DNA from: Polymyxa betae A26-41
Lineage: Eukaryota; Protista; Endomyxa: Phytomyxea
Direction: 5' to 3'
NCBI GenBank assembly: GCA_003693705.1
Contig: RBZT01000739.1
Span: 1 to 35,788 of the forward strand
DNA: 35,788 bases
Part shown: positions 1 to 10,914 of the stretch, one piece after another
Layout of the letters: every line of letters starts with the position of its first letter
How positions within the stretch are numbered: position 1 is the stretch's first letter
The notes under the pieces: generated by a model
What the model was told of the DNA's origin: nothing
Database searches by the model: none
Seen by the model: the letters and a program-made list of their open reading frames with translations, nothing else
Made by a program: the position numbers and the translations under genes

Positions 1-1074
1 GCTTCATTCAGCTCAGTCCGTACGGTGTCCGTACGGACCTCTGGGAGTCGAGCCCAATATTATTAGAGTAGGTCTTCATACTTCATCAATGTTCGCATCT
101 TTAGTACGCATCAGATTTATGCGTCAGTCTTCGAGTCTTATTGCGGACGCAGTTCCATCAAACTGCGTACGCTATTTTTGGGAAAATCAGAAGTTTTATG
201 TAATTTTTAATAAATCTGATACACAGCGCGCGTATTGCGCAGGTGTACAGTTGTCAGTAAGACTATTCAAACACGATATAGATTTGTCATTGAATCTGAT
301 GGTAGCGTTTCGCACCGTCATTAATACTTACCCCGCTATCAAATGCTCTGCAAGTCGTGGCCTTGCTAGATGCCGATGTTCAAGTAAACCAGTGTCCCAT
401 GTTAGCGTTCGAGATCAGTTACAATCTGACCAGTTGGAAAATTCGGAACGTGGCAAGCTCCGGTCAGTGCAATTAGAAATCCGACTTGAACTATCTAAGA
501 AGAGATCTGACAGATGTGGGACTTCTGCTGCTTCGCCGTGAGGGCTCGACCTCAGAGGTCGGGTTAGAGTGGATCAGTCTCCAAAATATGGACATCATTA
601 TTTTGGAGGTCACACTGCATGTGTATGATAATCCAGAGAGAACCCACATCCGGGATCTGTCTTTGCGATTGCAGGGCGCGATTTTCCTGTAGATTGGTTC
701 TATCCGCAGGATTTTCAACAAATTATTTATGGCTCATTATAATAAAAACAAAGCAAAACCTATAAGGGCCTGTCGCACCATACCTACCAAGTATTGAACA
801 TCATGCATTATTGTACATAATCCTGGAGCCCAGGAAGAGGCTGATATCCAGTTCGAGGAAATCCACTTCTGTCACGATAAAATAAATGGCATTCAGCTAA
901 TGTCTTTCATCATTGCTGCAACTCTCTATTTCCTGAAGCCAGCATTGACAACAGTGTTTACGTTTCAGGCAAAAACTGGTGTGGGTTCCGGGATGGCTGT
1001 AAGTGCAGCCCTGTTGGCATCCGCGGCCACAGAGGCAGTGACCATCAGCTGACGGTATCGGTCCGGCTCAAATA

Positions 1075-2761
1075 ATGGAGTCGGCCGATAAAGACGCAGC
1101 GCTGACGATTGCTGAGGATTGGCCCTCGAAAACGCCGCCTCATCCTGGGCGACGGACGTTGATCTTCACGGCCACGCTGCTGCTGTTGGTTCTGTTCGAG
1201 TCGATCAATCCGCCTGAGAGTTATATCCACCAGTTTCTTGAGAAGGCTAAACATTTGCCTGCGGACGATATACCTAGATATGGTTCGCCATTTCCGACAT
1301 TATTCATGATCGTAACAATTCTTGTGTAGCGATTCCGTTCTTCACATATGGGCAGTTAATTGGGTTCCTGCCTTTAACACTGTTATCGGAACTGGTTGGG
1401 AAATGCTGCTACGTCATTGCATTAGGTACTTTCATCCCCGGCCTGCTCGAAGACATCTCATTATGTCAGGGCTCTCGCTTCGGATTGGCTCCAGTTTACT
1501 GCACTTGTTGGGGCCGGCTTCTATGCTATTACCGCATCAGATTGCAAGGGGCATGTACGGCCTGGCCAGCGCCAGCAAAGTCGCCATCAAAGCTCATGCC
1601 TATGCGAACCTACCCCATGATGCCTACCTCGCCATTGTATGTGAATTGTCATGTCGTCTACCATTGGTCTCTGATCTTTCATAGACCGGATATATGAAGG
1701 CCGTTAATCTCGTGGCCCATGTCATGGGCGGCACATTGGGATTCGTCTTCTATCGCGGCGGCCTGGATTGGTCGGTGGCATTCTCTGTCCAGGTCGCTTG
1801 CCTTTCTGTAGCGATGATCGCTTTCACTGCCAACTTCATCACATCTGCATTTACTACCAAGGTGGAAAGATCCAGTTTGTTGCTGCACACATTCTTCAAA
1901 AAAGCAAATTTCTCAGTAGTTGATTGTTGCGATGATGCTGAATCCAATTGCTTGCTATAGATGGAGACCGCCAAACCATTTCGTCGAAGAGACTCGTTTC
2001 GTGAATTCTCCCAGACGTTCTGGGAGACGTACAGGACGAACCGAATTCTTGCGGCGATCACGATCTGGGCCATCATTATGGATTCGCTTCAGCTTTGCTT
2101 CCAGACGCAGAAGTCGTCGCTGATTCATGCGATCGACATTAGCGCCAAAAGCAATGGCTTAGCTGTCGCTGGCTGTAGGCTTGCTTCTGCCTTAGTCACA
2201 TTCCTAATCGGCCGCTATCCATCACTCACTGTATGAGTAATCTCTTTTCCGTCTGGTCTGTTTACGTTGAAGTCTTTTTCCTATTTCAGTTTGGAGTGGA
2301 TATTTATACTCTAATTAGAAGGGATTTCGCATTGAATGGCTATATGGAGCTGCCCTAATAATGGCAATGGCTATCTTCACAGCTGGATATGCTTGGCATG
2401 TATATATTGTATATGGTTCTTTCCTCGTATACGGCGTCATATCTGACGCTTGCCTTTGCATCGCGACGGCTCATATCGCCCTGGAGTAATTCGAAATTTC
2501 ACGCTGAGCTCATTCATCCAGCTGAATGTTGTTTGTAGAAGCCCAGCGTCGATTCGTGGATGGGTGTTGTTCGGCAACCAGTTCCTGGCGATTTTGATGG
2601 CGTCATTGGTTCAGTTCGTTTTCGGTTCGATTCTGTTGTTGGGCATTCGGTGGATATATTTCGGGTTAGCGGTCATTGCTCTGATTACTCCCATCGTGCT
2701 AGCACCGTTAGCTCGTACCAGTAGCAGAGTACAAGATGCTTTCTCCATTAACTCCCACTAG
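1075..2761 (+). CDS. SLC19 / reduced folate-thiamine carrier family membrane transporter (multi-exon)
   Basis: Spliced translation through GT-AG introns gives the SLC19-type motifs INPPESYIHQFL (cf. PSEPFLTPYL), AIPFFTYG (cf. PVWTYS), MYGLASASKVA..AHAY..TGYMKAVNLVAH, NGLAVAGCRL and WVLFGNQFLAIL, plus many hydrophobic segments. Stop TAG at 2759-2761. Confidence 0.85.
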
Positions 2762-3026
2762 TCCATAAACATGTCAAAACCAGATTGAGGCGCTTTCTTG
2801 CTGTAGCTTAACCTTGAATCTATCAGTACAATGAGAGATAATACACCTTTCAGTTGCTTAACAAAGTCCTGCAAATATCACTATCTGTTTTGATCACGAT
2901 GTGTTTCATACTTTCACTCCGCTTAAACAGAGAACCTATTCTTGATTTCCAGTTTATCAAAAATTGTTCTAAATGATACGTATTGTCAGCAGATCGTAAG
3001 GGTACAATCAATTTCCGTGCTTATTG

Positions 3027-3500
3027 ATGGCTGACGTCGACGATCAGGGCGGCCCATCAGAACTAGAAGGATTGTCGCTGAAAAATACTGCCACTGATCA
3101 GCCACCGTCTTCATCAGCATCACAACGAGATGTTCGGGCTGTGCTGCTTCAACGAACGGGAATGACGCCAAGAGGTAACTTTATTCATGATCGCAGAGCA
3201 GGTTTCTTACTGATGCTGACAGATGCGTTTAGCTGGCTCTATGCGAGTCGTGGCCTCTATAAAATGAAGGAATACCATTTGGTTGTTGATGCTCTAAGTT
3301 ATTGCCTCAGAAACAGCAAGACTCAAAGAGAAGCCCAGCATCTGCTGGCGTTTTCGCTGTTCCATTTAAAGCAGTATAAAGCGGCAACACCAGCCTTCTA
3401 TAAATCCGTCAAACTAGGGAATGATAGCGATTGGCAGCCGCTAATAGAACTCTGTATTGATCATCCTGATATCGAATTCGTATCCGCAATAAAGCACTGA
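3027..3500 (+). CDS. Small TPR-like helical repeat protein
   Basis: ATG at 3027. Probable in-frame 48-nt intron 3175-3222 gives TPRDAFSWLYASRGLYKMKEY...AQHLLAFSLFHLKQYKAATPAFYKSVKLG, a TPR-like pattern. Confidence 0.6.
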   Translation: MADVDDQGGPSELEGLSLKNTATDQPPSSSASQRDVRAVLLQRTGMTPRGNFIHDRRAGFLLMLTDAFSWLYASRGLYKMKEYHLVVDALSYCLRNSKTQREAQHLLAFSLFHLKQYKAATPAFYKSVKLGNDSDWQPLIELCIDHPDIEFVSAIKH

Positions 3501-3740
3501 ACCAGAACCTAAAATATATAAACTCATATATAACATATTCAACAAAAATTGACAGTAAATGTGAATCGCCAGAATAGGTGTGAATTCTGCCTGTGCCCTG
3601 CGAACAAGTTCTGCAACATTTCTGAAAGATTTTTTCGTTTGTTTCTGAGGGAGAAAAATGCGTGTTATCAAGCGTCTCAAAGCAGAAATTGCAAAATAAG
3701 AAGTATTAATATAATAACATACCGGTAAAAGTCGTCGGTC

Positions 3741-5067
3741 ATGTATGCATTAAGACTTGGCGGTAGACACCCTCAGGTACAGCAGGACGAAAGCAGCAAC
3801 GTATTCGCCGATGATTTTGACGACAATGACTTCATAATCGATCGATGCCATGAGACTCTGGGCGCTATCGATCACTTGTTAGACCGGCCTGTAGTTTCCT
3901 AACTCTTTGCTGCTACTTTGCTATAACGTATGACAGGCCTCTCATCAAGATCGTTTCAGATGGCCACAGTTTGTCTTAAAACATCATCTGTACACTGTCA
4001 TTACGGATAGGTCTGCGAGTCCCTGCTTCACTTTAGCTTTTGCTTTAACCGTATATTTCTATATGCATCATTTTTCCAATTCTTTTTTTCTGCTCAAGTC
4101 CTGGGACAGTAAGGACTCAAATCCCTTTTTCTGTATTTTGATTTCAATTCTGTTTGCACTTTATTATTCAACGTTTGACTGTTTCACTTAGATGTCAAGT
4201 TGACCACGATATCGAGCAGCTTCAAGCTCGAAACGTCATTCGTTTGATTCGAATTGACAGAATCCCACCTTCTCCTCTCATCATTATAATCAAGACTCGG
4301 GATTTGGCGAATGTCCTTCATCAGAAGGCTCCATCGTCTCTTATTACAAGTCCATTACTTTAAGGTCGTCTAGCAAGTCTGCTCACCGTTTCGAATAGGC
4401 TCTTTTATCAAAATTCTTCCGAAATGTTGCAAGACCGAGATTTCTCGGGCTGAGCTTGTTCACTGTATGAAAGATGGAAACAGCTCTATAACGTGAGTTT
4501 AGTCACGACATCTCGATGCTGTCTGATTTTGTTTCAGAGAGCTTCTTGATCAGGGCTTAGTGGTGAATCTTGATGACACTACATTGAGGTTTTCAATCCC
4601 GGAGTGTGGCCGACTCGTGCATAATCTCATTCAAGGACGGTTGGAATTGGTCATGTTAATTAAGCGAAGAAAACAAAGTAGCAGCAGGTTATTGACCGTA
4701 ATGAACCCTGGTTTGTAATGGGATATCTGCTCAACAACGTTTCAGGCGGTTTCAAAACTCAAGCTAAAGAAGTCGACATTGACTTCTGAATTTATTGTAC
4801 AAGATTTACTTGCGTTAGGCGTTCTTGAACGGTCTTGGAGCTCTCTCCCCAAAGATAGTACTGATCCTGTTATCGTGATTGGGGACGAATCGATTATCAT
4901 ATGAGGATCTATTTTATCCATTGTCTCATCTGCGGCGATGATCAAAACTCTGAACGAACTTACTAATGGCAAAGCAATGGCATTTCGTTAACGCTATTCG
5001 CGTTCACAGGTTTACCACCCCTGATCTGGGATCATTAGGGAATTTGCTCATTTTCACGAAAAAATGA
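3741..5067 (+). CDS. STK19: STK19 family tandem winged-helix DNA/RNA-binding protein (multi-exon)
   Basis: Spliced exons read ETLGAIDHLL..PQFVLKHHLYTVITDRCQVDHDIEQLQARNVIRLI..SITELLDQGLVV..LRFSIPECGRLVHNLIQGRLELVMLIKRRK..KLKKSTLTSEFIVQDLLALGVLERFTTPDLGSLGNLL, colinear with the STK19 consensus. Start codon is tentative; stop TGA at 5065-5067. Confidence 0.8.
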
Positions 5068-5329
5068 CTTCGTTTTAAATCTACATCTACTTGTCTATAA
5101 TAATTCCTGATTGTGCTGGAAAATACTGTTCCGAAGGTGATAGCACCTTCCGTTGATCACTTTCAGCAACCTATTTATTTCCATTCCATTCCTTACCTGC
5201 TCTAATATAAGAAGATTTCAATACAAGAAATTCACAAAAAGCAAAACCTATGCCCTCCCTCAAAAAATTTCTCATTTTTTGCCGAAGTGTAGATTTTTTT
5301 ACTGAGATGGCCGCAAAATCGTCCTGGAG

Positions 5330-6264
5330 ATGGCGCCCAAGCTCACGTTTGTGACCGGTAATGCCAATAAGCTTCGTGAGGTCCAGGCTATTATCGGCTC
5401 GGTTGTCGACCTAACCAGCGCCACCATCGATCGTATGCAGAGATTTTGTGCTGCAATATATGATGGCAGTTGCTGATGAGATCTCAGTTCCTGAGCTCCA
5501 GGGTGAACCGGAGGAAATATCTAGTCGTAAATGCGAGCTAGCTGCTGAGAAGCTTCAAAGACCAGTACTCGTGGAAGACACCTGCCTCTGTTTCAATGCA
5601 TTGAAAGGCTTGCCAGGGCCTTATGTAAAATGGTAATCTGCTCTCAAGAGAGGTTTTATTTGCTACTTTCGGATTTGAGAACTCTTAACGAAGGCTAAGT
5701 CTTCATTGTACGTTTCGGTTTCTTTTTGCATGAGCTGTTCACAGCTTGAGATTCTTTTGCACTCTTCTTCTTGATAACCTTGCTTTTAGGTTTCTGGAAA
5801 AGACCGGTCATGAAGGATTGAACAATCTACTAGCTGCATATCCCGACAAATCAGCGTCAGTTATTTTAGCTGGACAGTATACGCTTCCTATCTGACCTTT
5901 ATCATTAGCTATGCGTTATGTACGTTTGGATTTTCAGCCGGGCCTGGTCATAAACCCTTGATATTTTCTGGCACTTGCGATGTATTGATTGGTTTGAAAT
6001 TATAAACTGTGTGGATTGAGCGCTATTTAGGGCACAATTGTCCCAGCTCGGGGTCCTGCAAAATTCGGCTGGGATCCAGTATTTCAACCCAACGGATTTA
6101 CCAAGACGTAATATCGATTAGCAACGACCGATATCTAACTAAACTGGTTTTGCAGATTTGCTGAGATGTCTTCGGAAGACAAGAACTCCATCTCGCATCG
6201 TTTTCGGGCCTTGTCGAAAGTTGTCGAATATCTCAATTCGAATGGCGATAATTTCAATCATTAG
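5330..6264 (+). CDS. ITPA: Inosine triphosphate pyrophosphatase (Ham1 family), 6 exons
   Basis: [55 protein letters not shown] and [11 protein letters not shown] motifs; all five introns are GT-AG. Confidence 0.96.
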
Positions 6265-6624
6265 CATCTCTTTAACTACAAAAGAAATTCAATTTTTTTG
6301 CTCATTTGAAAACGTGTCGTTATCGAAACAACTTCTGAAAGTGTCCTGCATCCATCAGTCTATAGAGCATGATGTATCTCTATTTATAAAGAGAACCTAC
6401 GGTAGGCTCTTGCCGGCCTAAGCTCACGCTGTGGTTTATAGTGCCTTGCCGCACACACAACGAAAGGTGTAAATATTTCAGTACAATCCAATCTATCATT
6501 GCCTGTCGAAGAGAGGATCCAGATCCACTTTGTCATAAGCTCAAAGCCCAGAACCGACCGAAACCAAAACTAGTGAACGGCGCTTCTTCGCACAATCGCT
6601 AAGGCTCGATCGAACATCCTCTAT

Positions 6625-9330
6625 ATGGAGAATCCAGACAACTGGGTTGAACGCAGCGAAGACCTGATTCCTTTAACAGGTATTGCGAATCCTTTAACTT
6701 TTTCCCTGGAAGCGAAAGGACACCCATCCGCTTACACAAAGTTGAGCCCCATGACCCCATAACCCCATGAGACTCCATCTGATACCAGGGAACGGCCTCC
6801 TCCCAGTCAATTGCTAATGTATTCTAACAGGTCCGCATCCCTTCAATGCAGAACCACCCATCGATCAGCTCTTTGATAGCGGGTTTGTGACCCCAACGCC
6901 TCTTCATTACGTCAGGAACCATGGCCCAGTCCCGCGCCTCGATTGGGAAACGCATCAGATCCGGATCAGCGGCCAGGTGCGTGAGCCGATCACGCTCTCC
7001 ATGAACGACCTGACGAACAAGTTCACTTCTATCGAAAGGATGGTGACAATTGTCTGCGATGGGAACCGAAGAAAGGAAGTCAACGTGATCAAACGATCGA
7101 AAGGATTCAATTGGGGACCCGGTGCTATTTCCACAGCTCTCTGGAGAGGTAACAAGGTTTTGGTGTTGGTAGAAAGCTGACAAAGCTTGCGAAGTCAGCG
7201 ATGTTTCTGAACTTTGAAACCCTTGTTTTTATTTGAATTGAATTTCCTTTGTCATTTGACCAATGTTTCCTCGTTTTGATATGCTCAAATTGTGCAGAAG
7301 GACCGTGTAAGAATGATTTGCTAAATTTGATCATTATTGCAGGAGTGCTTGTGAAGGACATCTTAGATTACGCAGGAGGCGCTGATGACGAAGCCAGATA
7401 TGTCTGGTTTACAAGCTGCGATGAGCTCCATCATGAGCCATATGGGACTTGTATTCCCTCCGGTCGTGTCCAAGATGTGGAAAGCGACGTCATGCTGGCC
7501 TACGAGATGAACGGAGAACGGCTCACGCCGGATCACGGCTACCCTGTCCGCTTGATCGTCCCGGGATATATCGGTGGCCGAATGGTGAAGTGGCTCAGCG
7601 AGATCCATGTCTCGGTAGACTTGACATCAAACTGGCATCATTACTATGATAATCGTTTCATGCCACCCTATATTGATTCTGACGAGAAAGCCGAGGCTGG
7701 CGGATTCTGGAAAGACGAGCGGTTTACGCTCTACCAGCTCAACATCAATTCGGTTATCGTAAAGCCGGGCGCGGGCGAAGTGATTGAGCTCGTGGATATT
7801 ATGAAGCTCACTTATGACATCTCCGGTTATGCCTACACCGGCGACGGCCGCCGCATTCAAAGCATCGAGATCTCGCTGAATTCTGGCAAGACCTGGGACT
7901 CGGCTGACATTCATTATCCGGCCGGGGTCGCCCCCGCGATGGGTACGACCACTGTTCCGCATTGCTGGATGTGGTGCCATTGGACCAAGACAGTGCCAAT
8001 CTGGCGTTTGATTGGCCCCGGCGAGATCCTGGTACGGGCTTGGGACGAATCATTCAATACGCAACCGAAAACAATTACCTGGAATCTTCTCGGGATGATG
8101 AATAACTCGTGGTATCGGGTCAAGATCCACACCGAGACCGCACCGTCGCCGCATCTTGTATTCCAGCATCCTGTACGACCCGGGAAGCTAACAGGAGGGT
8201 GGATGGAACCGCCCACGCCTATCCAAATGTCGCAAACAGTGTGTCCGGATAGGAAGGTGGCCTGGGACGAAGTTCGTCATCATAATACGGCTGATTCACT
8301 TTGGATTGTGATTCATGGTCGCGTCTACGATGTTACCAGTTTTATGGATGAACATCCAGGTGGCGCCAGTCCTTTATTGATGCACGCTGCACAAGACGCT
8401 ACTGCATTGTTCGAAGAAATTCACGACGACTTAGCGAAACAGCAAGCGCAGACATTCTGCATTGGGAGCGTTCGTCCAGAATCGCAACGCCGTCATGTTT
8501 CAAGTCGGCCGAAGCAGCCGAACGTCGATGTTCTTGGTCGACCTATCGGATTATCTACGCGACACTGGGTCAAGGTTGTTATCACAGAAGTTGCGGCAGA
8601 ATCCCGAGATACGATCCGGTTCACTTTGTCTTTCGAAGTCAACAGTTTGCGAATGGCGTTGCCTTGGGGAAAACATATCTTGCTTGGAATGCCCCAGGAG
8701 GACTCAGAAGAAATCTTGATGCGTCCTTATACACCGATACGTCCGGTTACTGTTCAGGAAGACGATAGCTCCTTGACCTTGGTCATTAAAATCTATGAGA
8801 AAGGGCGTTTCACACAAAAATTGAAATGCTTGAAGATAGGTGACGATTTGCTGATGAAAGGTCCAGATGGCCATATTCTCTACGAAGGTCAAGGAAAATT
8901 CGATATTTCAGGACACTTTCTGTCAGCAAAGTGCTTGTCATTGCTTGCTGCAGGGACTGGCATTACTCCGATTTACCAGCTGACCAGAGCCGTGTTATCG
9001 GACCCGGAAGACAAAATTAAGATTAAGATTGTCTTTTCTAACAAGACGATTGGTGATATTCTTTTGAGAAAGGAGCTTGATGAAATCGCTGAGCGACACT
9101 CGGATCGAATTCAGGTCTATTATACGGTATCGGACATGAACAAAGAAGACGTTCTTGACTGGCCGTACGGCATCACCCGCATCACTTACGAGATGCTTGA
9201 ACAGCATTGTTTTGAACCACATCCAGATTCGATCGCCTTCGTATGCGGGCCGCAAGGTTTCGTAGATGCCGCAGCTGTTCCCTTCCTGGAACAACTTGGA
9301 TACGACGACGATCACTATTTCTTGTTTTAA
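6625..9330 (+). CDS. NIA: Eukaryotic NAD(P)H nitrate reductase (Moco, dimerisation, cytochrome b5, FAD and NAD(P)H domains)
   Basis: N-terminal DNWVERSEDLIPLTGPHPFNAEPP, LHYVRNHGPVP, Moco cysteine in VCDGNRRKE..GFNWG, DHGYPVRLIVPGYIGGRMVKWL, WNLLGMMNNSWY, heme b5 HPGG...H, RPYTP, AAGTGITP and CGP. Two introns (~6680-6830 and 7149-7342). Confidence 0.93.
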
Positions 9331-9917
9331 AATTGTATCTTACCGTTTATAAATTGACTAAGAACTGGAAGATAAAAACTGGTGAAATAATCAATGAGAC
9401 CCTTGAGAGCTTGCTATTCTTCCTTAACTGCAAATATCTTGCTGTATCACCTAGATTTTGGAATGCGTCTGTTAGCATCACAGCAAAGAACCAGGAAGAG
9501 CTTATACCCGTGTCTGTTCCAGTATCAATCAGAATCGTGCTGCAAGGTGAAACCTCTGGCACATGTTATACATGCAAACGGTTTTGCCTGCTTTTGCCAG
9601 AACGTCAATCGGAGAGTTCCTGATATGAGACGTTTTACAGAAAGAGCCAAGAAGCAGTAACCGTCAACTCGACGATCGGGCAAGTCGGCAATGCTATCCG
9701 CAGGTCACCTGCGAGCCTGGGTCGCGACTCGCGAACACGAACAACATCTGACAGTTTCCTGATGCGCAAGGCTTGGTAGACGCCTTCTCCGATTAGACAA
9801 ACCTGATGATACTACGACCATTGATTCTGTTTACAAGCTTGTTGATCGTCGCTTAAATGATACCGTAACCTTTTTATAAGTTGATTAAGAATCCTATTAA
9901 GTATTTTAACGTCCTGA

Positions 9918-10557
9918 TCAGATATGATGGTGTCCGTGATCCCCATGATCCTCATGACCATCGTCGAAATCGTGGTCCCTGCATTTACATGTCATTAGCC
10001 GCAGCAAATTTTTCATCAACGGCCGCAATTACACAGAATCATCCTCTTCTGCCTCTTCCGAGTCGCTATCGAAATGCTCGTGGCTATGATGTTCAACTAA
10101 GTGGTTTATCGAATGAGCCTGCATTGTTCCGGTCAGCAACTTTGGAAAAATCAGGATGGAAGTTGTGACGTACATGATTCTCTGAGTGTGAATCTGTGCC
10201 CGTTACTTGAGCTGATATTGTGGCGGTCGTGGTGACCTTCACCTTGTCTTTTCCAATTCCCTATAAGTGAGCTTAGTAATGAATGCTGTCAATTGACCAA
10301 TATTGGTCTCTTCGACCTCTTTTGTGTGTTGACCACTGTCATGGTGAAGTTCGTGTTCTGCAATGAAAATGAGTTCGGAAGAAACGATATTGCAGCGGCA
10401 AACGACCTTCTTCCTCGTCGTTGTCTTCGTGGTCCACGAGATTATCGCCACCGTGGCCGAATTCGAATTCCGATCCCTTTATAAGGAATAATACTGATGA
10501 TAGTAACCATACGGTCAAATACAGCCTGAATCTGAATATAATAACAGTTCGTGACAT
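9918..10557 (-). CDS. Secreted His/Asp/Glu-rich protein (~141 aa, 5 exons), family member A
   Basis: Exons 10557-10407, 10357-10317, 10260-10174, 10118-10033 and 9978-9918 are joined by four 49-56 nt GT-AG introns into one open frame: hydrophobic signal, then GHGGDNLVDHEDNDEEEEHELHHDSGQHTKEGIGKDKVKVTTTATISAQVTGTDSHSENH...DHGHHHI*. The exact start could be slightly upstream. Confidence 0.8.
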
Positions 10558-10643
10558 TATTGCCAACTGAAGGGCCATCAATTGTTTCCAGCATCAAAAC
10601 CACCAACCTGATTGACACCTTCGATCCGATCACTGCAAATGCA

Positions 10644-10652
10644 ATGACTCAT
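10644..10652. promoter_or_regulatory. AP-1/GCN4-type bZIP site ATGACTCAT upstream of His-rich gene A
   Basis: Perfect 9-bp consensus ~88 nt upstream of the minus-strand ATG at 10557. The same core recurs upstream of the other two His-rich genes. Confidence 0.55.
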
Positions 10653-10914
10653 ACATCTGCTGCCTCCAGGTTTTTTGCATATCTTTATGCATATCAAGAG
10701 CATTCTTACGTATTGAAACTGATTATTCATATCTAGTATAGCCTACAGTTATTTTATATTTAAGAAATCGTGGTTGGTAGGCGAGTTTCTGGTTAAACTG
10801 GAGCTATGGTTGGATGGGACCAATTTGTCGTCATGACAAATCGGCCAGATATTGGTAGGATCTTCCACAATTCCGAGCCGAAATTCCAGCGTTCCGGCCA
10901 ATGTTTAATAACCG

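Noticed and set aside
89-1050. ORFs at the window start and a Cys-rich CCCH-like stretch (CLCGRGCQQGCTYSHP) on the minus strand near 990-1040
   Set aside because: No coherent start or exon chain could be built. The Cys-rich frame has a stop just upstream and abuts the SLC19 start. A gene here cannot be excluded but is unsupported.
750-5251. Identical 14-mer AAAGCAAAACCTAT at 750 and 5238
   Set aside because: One or two such matches are expected by chance in 36 kb, especially for A-rich sequence.
6747-6770. CCCCAT(G/A)A x3 micro-repeat in NR intron 1
   Set aside because: Very short simple repeat with no evidence of function.
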